Assembly: GCA_965216565.1 (NCBI GenBank)
Contig: OZ244170.1
Coordinates: 32,001-96,000 of the forward strand
Reading direction: 5' to 3'
DNA length: 64,000 nucleotides
From: Bythopirellula sp.
Lineage (GTDB): Bacteria; Planctomycetota; Planctomycetia; Pirellulales; Lacipirellulaceae
Shown piece by piece: positions 18,955-27,131 of this stretch (position 1 is the first letter of the stretch; every line of letters begins with the position of its first letter). Made by a program: the position numbers and the translations under genes. Below the pieces are notes generated by a model. It saw nothing but the letters and a program-made list of their open reading frames with translations, did not search any database and was not told the origin of the DNA.

Positions 18955-20490
18955 TTACGAAACGCTTCGAGCCGGCTCTTGTCGGGCTTCAAGCGAACTG
19001 AAGAGTTGCCGAAAATTGGTGCCTTCGACTAACTCGGCGCGAGAAGGACGTTCGTCTTCTACGATAAGCAGATCTCCAGGCGTCGTCGGCAAGACTGCCT
19101 GGTCCACTTGTTCCTGCAGGTCTTCCTCTGGGTCGAGTTCTGTATCGAACTCGTCAAATTGGATTGAATCTGAGTGGATTGATTCTGAGGAGAATGTCGT
19201 TTCAACACGTGACTGCCCAGTCTCTGCCTCTGCCAAATAGGAGCTGGCAATATCTTTGAGCTCACCAGCAAATGCGGTATCGAGCCGATTGATGACTTGA
19301 GGTGCAGAGGCAAGCAAAGCACTTTCAAATTCCACATAGCGGTCGGCTACGACTTCTTCCTGGCCAAATTGCTCGGCAAATGGGTCATGAGCCACTTCTG
19401 TGGGACGCCCTTTGGTGTTAAAAGGTTCCTCAGTTTCTGCCGAACTGACGGTAAGCTCCACGGCATTCACTCCGCTTTCGTAGATCCCTTCGACGACTTC
19501 ATACCCTTCGGCAAAATCGAATTCAGCGACAGCATCGCGGTTCATCGGGATTGAGGCTGGAACCTCGTCGGCTTCCGGCTTGGTCTCATCCTCGTGCGAG
19601 GAGGGGCTATCGAGTTCGCCGAATTCAACGGCTCCCTCAAAGCAGTGCGACTCGGCCTTCGGTTCGTGCCAAGGCGCGGGTAACTGCTGCAGGTCGGACC
19701 AACCCTGCTGAACCTTCTCGCGACAAATGGGCATGTCGTCATTTGATTGAGCAGTCCACACAATCTGGTCGCCAAGCTGGTTGATCAGTCGGGGTAGTCC
19801 ATCGGTGGCAGCGAAGATGGCTTCCAATCCGTCTTTGGTGAAGAGCGTCTCCGGCTGCAATCCGACCGCGGCAGATTGAGCACGGACATACTGGAACGTT
19901 TCTTCGCGACCCATTGCGGACAGGTAGCAACGCGAAGAAAGCCGTTGGCTAAAGCCAGCGAGACTTGGTTCGGCGAAAGTTTCTTCCAGGCCCGATCCGC
20001 CGGCCATGACCAAACTGATGAGCAACTCTCCCTGGTGCGAGGTGTTGGTGAGCATCCTGAGTTCGGATAACAATCGTGACGGTAGTGCGTCGGACTCGTC
20101 GACCAAGAGCAGCAATTTGCGAACCTTGCCCTCGGAGGGCTGCAAATAGCTCAGCAGTGTGAGCCGCATTTCTCCCTCATCGAGACCTTCATAAGGAATC
20201 TCCAACTCGAAGAGAATGGATTGCAGCAATGCGCGACGCGTGCATATTTGCCCACCCAGCAGTGGAATGATCTTCATCTGCTCGGCAAATTGCTTGGCTA
20301 GCACATCCAGCAGCAGTGTCTTACCCGTTCCAGCAGAACCTATTAATAGGGCCGGTCCCTCACCCCGGACAATCGAGCGGCTCAAACGTTGGCGGGCCTC
20401 TTCGGCGACTGCTGAAGGAAAATATCGATTTGCGTCAGGGGCGGCAACAAAGGGACGAGGTATGGAATCTGGCACGTTGATATCCGACAT
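18955..20490 (-). CDS. ExeA/GspA-family AAA ATPase with an acidic C-terminal extension
   Basis: Walker A GSAGTGKT, Walker B LLLLVDESD, DGLPRLINQL. Confidence 0.85.
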   Translation of the reverse strand: MSDINVPDSIPRPFVAAPDANRYFPSAVAEEARQRLSRSIVRGEGPALLIGSAGTGKTLLLDVLAKQFAEQMKIIPLLGGQICTRRALLQSILFELEIPYEGLDEGEMRLTLLSYLQPSEGKVRKLLLLVDESDALPSRLLSELRMLTNTSHQGELLISLVMAGGSGLEETFAEPSLAGFSQRLSSRCYLSAMGREETFQYVRAQSAAVGLQPETLFTKDGLEAIFAATDGLPRLINQLGDQIVWTAQSNDDMPICREKVQQGWSDLQQLPAPWHEPKAESHCFEGAVEFGELDSPSSHEDETKPEADEVPASIPMNRDAVAEFDFAEGYEVVEGIYESGVNAVELTVSSAETEEPFNTKGRPTEVAHDPFAEQFGQEEVVADRYVEFESALLASAPQVINRLDTAFAGELKDIASSYLAEAETGQSRVETTFSSESIHSDSIQFDEFDTELDPEEDLQEQVDQAVLPTTPGDLLIVEDERPSRAELVEGTNFRQLFSSLEARQEPARSVS

Positions 20491-20741
20491 TGGAGAAAAC
20501 TCCTAAAAATCGCCAGGTTGGCACGAAGGCCGATCACTCTGTAGTTTCCAGCGCGGACGTTCATCCACACCGAAGGCGATCGGCAGCTATCGCATCTCAT
20601 CGGCAAGGTTCACTAAATCGCTCCAGGTCGGTCGCCAAATTCTGCGCCGTTTGACACACACCGGAACTCAGAAACAATACATACATCCCAGTCCGGAAAC
20701 TTTCGCAAATTTTCTGTGCGAGAAAGGTTCAAGTTCACTAC

Positions 20742-21407
20742 GTGTTTCAAGTCAAACTCTGTGGAATCACTCGAACGGAAGATGCCTGCGCCGCGGTAGA
20801 CGCCGGTGCCGATGCAATCGGGTTGAATTTCTATGCCAAGAGTTCACGGTACATCGACCCCCAGCATGCGGCGGACATGGTAGATGAGCTAAATACTCGG
20901 CCCGACTTGGTCGGAGTATTCGTCAATTCGCCAATTGATAAAATCTTGCAGATTGCCAACCAAGCCAAACTCACTACTATCCAATTGCATGGCGATGAGT
21001 CTCCGGATCTGTTAGCTAAGGTTCCAAATTCATATAAGGTAGTTTGTGCAAGACGCATGGATGACCGTGGATTGGCTCCGATTGCTGAGTACATCCAGAA
21101 CAGCGATGCGGCAGGACGGATGCCCGACGCGGTGCTTGTAGATGCCTATTCACCTGGGCAATATGGCGGCACAGGCGAAACGGTCTCCTGGACGGGATTG
21201 GCGGACTATCGCAAGTGGTTGGGCGATGTGCCGTTGATTCTTGCTGGAGGACTGACTCCTGAGAACGTTTCGGAAGCCATCCGCACCGTTCGTCCCTATG
21301 GAGTGGATGTCGCTAGCGGAGTAGAAATTTCGCCCGGTGTGAAATGTCCCCAGAAGATGCGGTTATTCGTAGACAACGCGAAATCAGCCTTTGAATCCAT
21401 CACCTAG
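20742..21407 (+). CDS. trpF: Phosphoribosylanthranilate isomerase
   Basis: VKLCGIT, IQLHGDE, GGTGET, LAGGLTPENV, GVDVASGVE. Confidence 0.96.
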   Translation: MFQVKLCGITRTEDACAAVDAGADAIGLNFYAKSSRYIDPQHAADMVDELNTRPDLVGVFVNSPIDKILQIANQAKLTTIQLHGDESPDLLAKVPNSYKVVCARRMDDRGLAPIAEYIQNSDAAGRMPDAVLVDAYSPGQYGGTGETVSWTGLADYRKWLGDVPLILAGGLTPENVSEAIRTVRPYGVDVASGVEISPGVKCPQKMRLFVDNAKSAFESIT

Positions 21408-21605
21408 CCGGAGGCAAACCTGCCTCCGGAGCACGACAGACCGCGTGGCGGTCCGGCTATAAGTATATGCCCCTCAAAATGCCCTAGGCTTGGCGTGAAC
21501 CACCCCGCCAGCTACACTCGTTATAGATGTTAAAACCCTCAAAATCGGCCTCCGTGGCAGTCGCCAGCCGGTGTTCATGATTTTTTCTTAGAAGGAGTTT
21601 CCCTC

Positions 21606-22958
21606 GTGGCCCAAGTAACGACACAGCTTCCCTACAAAGTTCTCGACTGCGGAGAACAAGAATTCGAACGATTGGCCGAGTGGGGCCGGAAGGAAATCGA
21701 CCTGGCCGAGAATGAAATGCCCGGTCTGATGGCACTGCGGGAAAAATACGGCGATAGCAAACCGCTAGCAGGAGCACGAATCGCCGGTTGTTTACACATG
21801 ACTATCCAAACCGCGGTGCTCATTGAGACACTGGTCGATCTTGGAGCGGAAGTGACCTGGAGTAGCTGCAACATTTTCAGCACCCAGGACCACGCAGCCT
21901 GTGCCATCGCCAAGGCTGGAATTCCCGTTTACGCCTGGAAGGGCATGAGCGAAGAGGAATTCGATTGGTGCATCGAGCAAACGCTCAGTTTCCCCTCTGG
22001 CGAACCGCTAAACTTGATTCTCGACGACGGCGGGGACCTCACCGCGATGGTCCACGACAAATTCCCTGAGATGCTCGAGCACATCAAAGGTCTTTCCGAA
22101 GAGACCACCACAGGTGTTCATCGCTTATACCAAATGCACGAAAATGGTGAGCTCAAGGTGCCTGCCATCAACGTGAATGACTCGGTGACCAAGAGCAAGT
22201 TTGACAATCTCTATGGTTGCCGCGAGTCCTTGGCCGATGGCATCAAGCGGGCTACCGACGTGATGGTCGCAGGCAAGGTCGTCGTCATCGCCGGTTACGG
22301 AGACGTTGGCAAGGGCTGTGCCCAGTCGATGCGTGGCTTGGGTGCTCGGGTAATTCTCACCGAGATCGACCCTATCCTCGCTCTCCAAGCTGCGATGGAA
22401 GGCTTTGAGATCACTACGATGGAAGACGCCGTGGCCGAGGGAGATATCTTCGTCACGACTACAGGCAACCGCGACATCATCACCGGCGAACATATGTCGA
22501 AGATGAAGAACGATGCCATCGTCTGCAACATCGGTCACTTCGATTTAGAGATCGACATGGCCTGGCTCAATGGCGAGGTGGAAGCCGGCCGCGTCAAAGC
22601 GGACCGCGTGAAGCCTGCCGAAGTTGGTGCAATGGACAAGTACACCTTTGCCGATGGCCATTCGATCCTGATCTTGGCAGAGGGGCGTCTGGTAAATCTT
22701 GGGTGTGCCACGGGTCATCCTTCGTTCGTAATGAGTACTTCGTTCACCAACCAGGTACTGGCCCAGTTGGCCTTGTGGAACGAGACCGATAACTTCCCAC
22801 TCGGCGTGCACGTATTGCCCAAGGAGTTGGATGAGGAAGTCGCGAGGCTGCATCTTGAGAAGTTGGGCGTGAAGCTCACGAAGATGTCGAAGGCCCAAAG
22901 CGATTACGTGGGTATCCCCATCGAAGGGCCCTATAAGCCTGAGTACTATCGATACTAG
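21606..22958 (+). CDS. ahcY: Adenosylhomocysteinase
   Basis: [57 protein letters not shown]. Confidence 0.98.
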   Translation: MAQVTTQLPYKVLDCGEQEFERLAEWGRKEIDLAENEMPGLMALREKYGDSKPLAGARIAGCLHMTIQTAVLIETLVDLGAEVTWSSCNIFSTQDHAACAIAKAGIPVYAWKGMSEEEFDWCIEQTLSFPSGEPLNLILDDGGDLTAMVHDKFPEMLEHIKGLSEETTTGVHRLYQMHENGELKVPAINVNDSVTKSKFDNLYGCRESLADGIKRATDVMVAGKVVVIAGYGDVGKGCAQSMRGLGARVILTEIDPILALQAAMEGFEITTMEDAVAEGDIFVTTTGNRDIITGEHMSKMKNDAIVCNIGHFDLEIDMAWLNGEVEAGRVKADRVKPAEVGAMDKYTFADGHSILILAEGRLVNLGCATGHPSFVMSTSFTNQVLAQLALWNETDNFPLGVHVLPKELDEEVARLHLEKLGVKLTKMSKAQSDYVGIPIEGPYKPEYYRY

Positions 22959-22993
22959 GCGGAGCGGGAAATTCTAGAAGACTGAGTTCAGAG

Positions 22994-23024
22994 AAACCGC
23001 CGTCAGCAGACGGCGGTTTTTTTA
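22994..23024 (+). terminator. Intrinsic terminator after ahcY
   Basis: AAACCGCCGTC-AGCA-GACGGCGGTTT followed by a T tract. Confidence 0.85.
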
Positions 23025-23092
23025 TGCGCCGACTTCGCCTAAACTGTCGGCATCTAGTCCATGAACCCCGCCCCCAGACCCCCGATCTCTCT

Positions 23093-24454
23093 ATGCCCAC
23101 CATCAGTGCTTTCCGCGGAATCCGTTACGACTTGGGCCATGTTGGCTCGCTCTCGAATGTTATTGCCCCTCCATACGATGTGATTGATGCCGAGTTGCTA
23201 GACGAACTCTATGCCAAGCACGAGAATAATTGCACGCGGTTGATACTTGGTAAGGACGAATCTGGCGACGACGATTCAAACAATCGCTATACCCGCGCGG
23301 CCAAGCACCTCCGCGGTTGGCTCCGTGAAGGAATCCTTTTCTCTGAAAGCGATCCAGCGGTTTACGTCTACCACCAGGAATTCACTGACGCCGGCCAGAC
23401 CTATACGCGACGTGGATTTATGAGCCGGGTGCGGTTAGAGCCATTCGGCGAGGGCGACATCCATCCCCATGAAGAGACCCACTCCGGTGCGAAGGCCGAC
23501 CGGCTTAAGCTGTGGCAAAACTGCAAAGCGAACATGAGCCAGATCTTCGGCTTGTACCCCGACGCTGAGAATGTGGCTCAACAATTACTCGATCAGGCGA
23601 TCGTCGGCCAGACTCCTATCGAGGCCACCGACCACCTCGGAATCCTGCACCGTATTTGGCCGGTGACGGATATTGATGTCATTCAACAGGTCACGGCGGC
23701 CATGGGTGGCAAGCCCGTTTACATTGCCGACGGGCACCATCGCTACGAGACCGCCTGCAACTACCGCGACGAGCTGGCCGCCAAGATGAAAGCCGAAGGC
23801 CAGGAACTGGACGAACAACATCCGGCCAACTTCGTACTAATGATGTGCGTGTCGATGAGCGATCCGGGCATGATCGTCCTTCCCACTCACCGGCTCTTCC
23901 GGGGCTTGCCGGCGATGACCTCGGAAGAACTCTGCGGAAAACTTGGAGACCACTTCGAGACCAAGCCCGCAGGAGAGGGCCCCGACCTGGCTCCTAGTCT
24001 CTGGGAAGAGATTGAGACCGAGGACGACCAAGGCACTCTGGCACTGTATACGGCGGAAGACGGCCAATGGACGATGGCCCGCCTCACCGATGCCGGTCGA
24101 GAGAAAATGGCTCAGGTGGCAGACGATCATTGCGAGGCCTGGCAGGGCTTAGGAGTGAGTTTGCTTCATCGTTTGATTGGCGACACTCTACTCGACGCCG
24201 CCAATCTGCCCGCTCCCAAATACGTCAGGTCCATCGAAGAAGTCGTCGAAGGTCTCAAATCTGGCGACTCGGTTGGGCGCGATCACACGGGCCAAATGGC
24301 GAGTGGCGGCCGATTCGAGTTGGCTGCCTTGGTCATGCCGGCGACGCTAGAACACATCCGCCAAATCTCCAACGCCGCCGAGCGGATGCCCGCCAAAAGC
24401 ACCTACTTCTATCCCAAGCTCCTCAGCGGCCTGGTCTTTAACCCCCTTGAATAG
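23093..24454 (+). CDS. DUF1015 family protein
   Basis: IAPPYDVI, IHPHEET, YIADGHHRYETA, MPAKSTYFYPKL. Confidence 0.9.
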   Translation: MPTISAFRGIRYDLGHVGSLSNVIAPPYDVIDAELLDELYAKHENNCTRLILGKDESGDDDSNNRYTRAAKHLRGWLREGILFSESDPAVYVYHQEFTDAGQTYTRRGFMSRVRLEPFGEGDIHPHEETHSGAKADRLKLWQNCKANMSQIFGLYPDAENVAQQLLDQAIVGQTPIEATDHLGILHRIWPVTDIDVIQQVTAAMGGKPVYIADGHHRYETACNYRDELAAKMKAEGQELDEQHPANFVLMMCVSMSDPGMIVLPTHRLFRGLPAMTSEELCGKLGDHFETKPAGEGPDLAPSLWEEIETEDDQGTLALYTAEDGQWTMARLTDAGREKMAQVADDHCEAWQGLGVSLLHRLIGDTLLDAANLPAPKYVRSIEEVVEGLKSGDSVGRDHTGQMASGGRFELAALVMPATLEHIRQISNAAERMPAKSTYFYPKLLSGLVFNPLE

Positions 24455-24541
24455 CACGGGCCGCAAACGCTTCAGCGTTCCGGAAATTCGATTCGACGTG
24501 GGGTGCACTCGGCGACTGAAGTCACCCTCGCCGACCGATAC

Positions 24542-24557
24542 CGTTTCACGTGAAACT
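24542..24557. promoter_or_regulatory. parS site 1
   Basis: CGTTTCACGTGAAACT versus consensus TGTTTCACGTGAAACA. Confidence 0.9.
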
Positions 24558-24591
24558 CAATGGGTAAACTGCGCCGTCCTGGTGATGTGCA

Positions 24592-24607
24592 TGTTTCACG
24601 TGAAACG
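24592..24607. promoter_or_regulatory. parS site 2
   Basis: TGTTTCACGTGAAACG. Confidence 0.92.
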
Positions 24608-24623
24608 GGGTGAGTCTAACGAT

Positions 24624-24639
24624 CGTTTCACGTGGAACG
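24624..24639. promoter_or_regulatory. parS site 3
   Basis: CGTTTCACGTGGAACG. Confidence 0.85.
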
Positions 24640-24717
24640 GGGTGTTGTTTGGGTGCTGGCCGATAACATTCTCGGAGCCATTCCCCTGTCCGCAAGTCGC
24701 ATTCTGAAATTCTCTTT

Positions 24718-25464
24718 ATGGGCCGAGTCATCTGCGTAGCCAATCAGAAGGGGGGCGTCGGCAAGACGACCACGGCGCTCAACCTTGCCGCGCTCTTGGC
24801 AATGGCGGGACGACGCACGTTGCTGGTAGATCTCGATCCCCAGTGTAACGCCACCTCGGGATTGGGCCACTCGCCTTCCGACCGACACGCCCTGATCGAC
24901 AACCGCCCGCTGCGGGAATCGTTCGTCGAAACGGCCCAAGCGAATCTGTCGCTGCTCCCCGGCTCGCGTAGTTTTCAGGATGTCGACACGTTGGCCAACT
25001 CTAGCGATTCGCAAGCCGTGATGCTAGCAACCCATCTCTCCGGAAGTTTGGGTTCGTTCGATACGGTGCTGATCGATTGCCCACCTTCCCTAGGTCAGCT
25101 CACTCGCACAGCACTCGCTAGTGCTAGCGAAGTGCTGATGCCAATTCAATGCGAGTATTTCGCTATGGAAGGGCTCACTCAAATGATCGAGGTAATCCGG
25201 CAGGTGATCGACCAGCCGAATAGCCGATTAAAATTTGGTGGCATCCTGCTCACGATGTACGACGCCACGTTGGAACTCACTGCCGAGGTGGATCGGGAAG
25301 TTCGCGATTTCTTCGGAGAGATTGTTTTCGAAAATGTCATCCCACGCGACGTAGCTGTGTCGGAAGCACCGAGTCATGGAAGCTCGGTGGTCGACTACGC
25401 CCCGCGATCCCGCGGAGCCCGCGCGTACGTGGAACTTTGCCAGGAGGTGCTAGAGCGTGTCTAG
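24718..25464 (+). CDS. parA: Chromosome partitioning ATPase ParA/Soj
   Basis: ANQKGGVGKTTT, VDLDPQCNAT, IDCPPSLG, PIQCEYFAMEG. Confidence 0.96.
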   Translation: MGRVICVANQKGGVGKTTTALNLAALLAMAGRRTLLVDLDPQCNATSGLGHSPSDRHALIDNRPLRESFVETAQANLSLLPGSRSFQDVDTLANSSDSQAVMLATHLSGSLGSFDTVLIDCPPSLGQLTRTALASASEVLMPIQCEYFAMEGLTQMIEVIRQVIDQPNSRLKFGGILLTMYDATLELTAEVDREVRDFFGEIVFENVIPRDVAVSEAPSHGSSVVDYAPRSRGARAYVELCQEVLERV

Positions 25465-26479
25465 GGGCAACAATAGTAAAGAGCGACGTTTGGGCCGAGG
25501 TTTAGAAGCATTACTTGGACGATCAAATGACGAGCCTGTCGAGCAGGAAGCCGTCATTGAGATCGAAGAGTCGGAAGCGGAAACGCCTCAGACTTTGTCA
25601 ATTTACGAAGAGGATGCTTCAGCAGTCTCTCGAAGCGATGACGGCCAGCAATGGATCGAGTTGGGCTCGATTGACCGCAATCCCCATCAGCCTCGCAAGC
25701 ACTTCGACGAGTCGGAGATTGCCGACTTATGCGATAGCATTCGCAACCACGGCATACTGCAGCCGATCGTGGTGCGGCCCGCAGGCGATCGGTTTCAGAT
25801 CATTGCCGGTGAACGCCGATTTCGTGCCGCTCAGATGGCGAGCTGGGAAAGCGTGCCGGTGCAGCTCCGCGAGGTAACGGACCGACAGATGGCTGAACTG
25901 GCCATCGTGGAAAATGTCCAACGTAAGGATCTCAATCCTTTGGAAAAGGGGGCATCGTTCCAACGCTATTTGCAAGAGTATGGCTGTACCCAAGAAGAGC
26001 TCGCCACTCGAGTGAATATCGATCGATCAACCGTCGCCAATCTCATCCGATTGTTGGAGCTTCCCGAGGCTGTGAAGCAAATGATTTCCGATGGCAAGAT
26101 TGCTCAAGGGCATGCCCGGGCACTATTGCCACTGGGTGATGAAAAAGAACAATGCGAATTTGCCAAACGAGTCAGTGGCGAGTCTCTCTCCGTCCGGGCA
26201 ACCGAGCAAATGGTCCAGGGCCACATCCATCGAGCAGATGGCGAGCCTTTTTCTGTGATTGATAGCGAGGGCAATTCGCGGCCTGCGAAGACCCGTCCGA
26301 GCGAGCATCTGGCTCAAATGGAGGAGCAGCTTCGCCTCGCTTTGGGGACCAAGGTCGATCTCAAACAGACGGCCAAGGGCAAGGGCCGGATCACGATTCA
26401 CTTCAAGAATCACGCCGAATTCGACCGCTTACGCGCGATCCTCACTGGCGAGGAAGAGTCCTTGAAAGAAGCGACGTAG
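25457..26479 (+). CDS. parB: Chromosome partitioning protein ParB/Spo0J
   Basis: LGRGLEALL, NPHQPRKHF, IIAGERRFRAA, ENVQRKDLNPLE, HTH RSTVANLIRLL; overlaps the parA stop. Confidence 0.96.
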   Translation: MSRGNNSKERRLGRGLEALLGRSNDEPVEQEAVIEIEESEAETPQTLSIYEEDASAVSRSDDGQQWIELGSIDRNPHQPRKHFDESEIADLCDSIRNHGILQPIVVRPAGDRFQIIAGERRFRAAQMASWESVPVQLREVTDRQMAELAIVENVQRKDLNPLEKGASFQRYLQEYGCTQEELATRVNIDRSTVANLIRLLELPEAVKQMISDGKIAQGHARALLPLGDEKEQCEFAKRVSGESLSVRATEQMVQGHIHRADGEPFSVIDSEGNSRPAKTRPSEHLAQMEEQLRLALGTKVDLKQTAKGKGRITIHFKNHAEFDRLRAILTGEEESLKEAT

Positions 26480-26598
26480 TAGTGAGGGGCTAGAGGCTGG
26501 GGGCTAGGGACTAGTAAGAATACTATACATAAGTATAGTAACTGACCTTGGCTCCAGCGGTTACCATCTATCGAAAGCTATTAGTTAATAGCATCAAG

Positions 26599-26660
26599 CG
26601 GGGCGTGGCGCAGCCTAGTAGCGCGGTCGCCGCGGCGACAGGTCGCACGTCCGAATCATG
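26599..26660 (+). pseudogene. tRNA-Pro-derived copy lacking the 3' acceptor strand, anticodon arm replaced by GTCGCCGCGGCGAC
   Basis: CGGGGCGTGGCGCAGCCTAGTAGCGCG-[palindrome]-AGGTCGCACGTCCGAATC aligns to the tRNA at 26695. Confidence 0.85.
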
Positions 26661-26694
26661 ACATTACTGAATAACTAAATAATCCAAAAAATCT

Positions 26695-26768
26695 CGGGGC
26701 GTGGCGCAGCCTGGTAGCGCGACTGGTTTGGGACCAGTAGGTCGCACGTTCGAATCGTGTCGCCCCGA
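26695..26768 (+). tRNA. tRNA-Pro (anticodon TGG), CCA not encoded
   Basis: Cloverleaf: acceptor CGGGGCG/CGCCCCG, D stem GCGC, anticodon stem ACTGG/CCAGT with loop TTTGGGA, T loop TTCGAAT. Confidence 0.95.
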
Positions 26769-26772
26769 CTTC

Positions 26773-27021
26773 ATGTTCTACGTCTACGTGCTTCGAAGCG
26801 AGAAGACGGGTCGATTCTACACGGGATCATGTGGCGATCTGGATGATCGATTGCACCGCCACAACTGTGGCTACTCGAAAGCCACCAAACACGGGATTCC
26901 TTAGCAGCTCCTCTACTCTGAGGAATTTCAAACTCGTTCTGAGGCCGTTCAGCGTGAAATGTATTTCAAGAGCGGGACTGGTAGAGAAAAGCTGAAGTCT
27001 CTCATCGAGAATCTATCCTAG
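26773..27021 (+). pseudogene. Small GIY-YIG nuclease gene (YhbQ/YazA-like) with an in-frame TAG at 26902-26904
   Basis: MFYVYVLRSEKTGRFYTGSCGDLDDRLHRHN...HGIP*QLLYSEEFQTRSEAVQREMYFKSGTGRE; family-like sequence continues in frame past the stop (likely TGG>TAG). Confidence 0.85.
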
Positions 27022-27060
27022 TAGCCTCTTACATGGATGACACACGGGTAGAACAGTGTT

Positions 27061-27113
27061 GTAGCGCGGTCGCCGCGGCGACAGGTCGCACGGCGCGAAT
27101 CGTGTCGCCCCGA
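27061..27113 (+). pseudogene. tRNA-Pro-derived copy lacking the 5' end, same palindrome replacing the anticodon arm
   Basis: GTAGCGCG-[GTCGCCGCGGCGAC]-AGGTCGCACG-GCGCGAAT-CGTGTCGCCCCGA. Confidence 0.85.
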
Positions 27114-27131
27114 CCTTTTGTAGAGCCGGAA

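Noticed and set aside
21408..21605. SAH riboswitch upstream of ahcY
   Set aside because: Hairpins are present, but the conserved GAGGAGCGCTGC...AGGCTC core and the pseudoknot partner are not recognisable; an Rfam scan would settle it
24455..26700. oriC near parS/parAB
   Set aside because: No cluster of DnaA boxes (TTATCCACA) and no dnaA gene is visible in the window
26701..26904. 67-aa ORF from the track beginning MAQPGSATG
   Set aside because: Its first part is the tRNA-Pro sequence read in frame; the real GIY-YIG start is ATG 26773
26902..26904. TAG recoding or readthrough in the GIY-YIG gene
   Set aside because: TAG is used as a normal stop by rpsA, ahcY and tsaD in this window; a nonsense mutation is simpler
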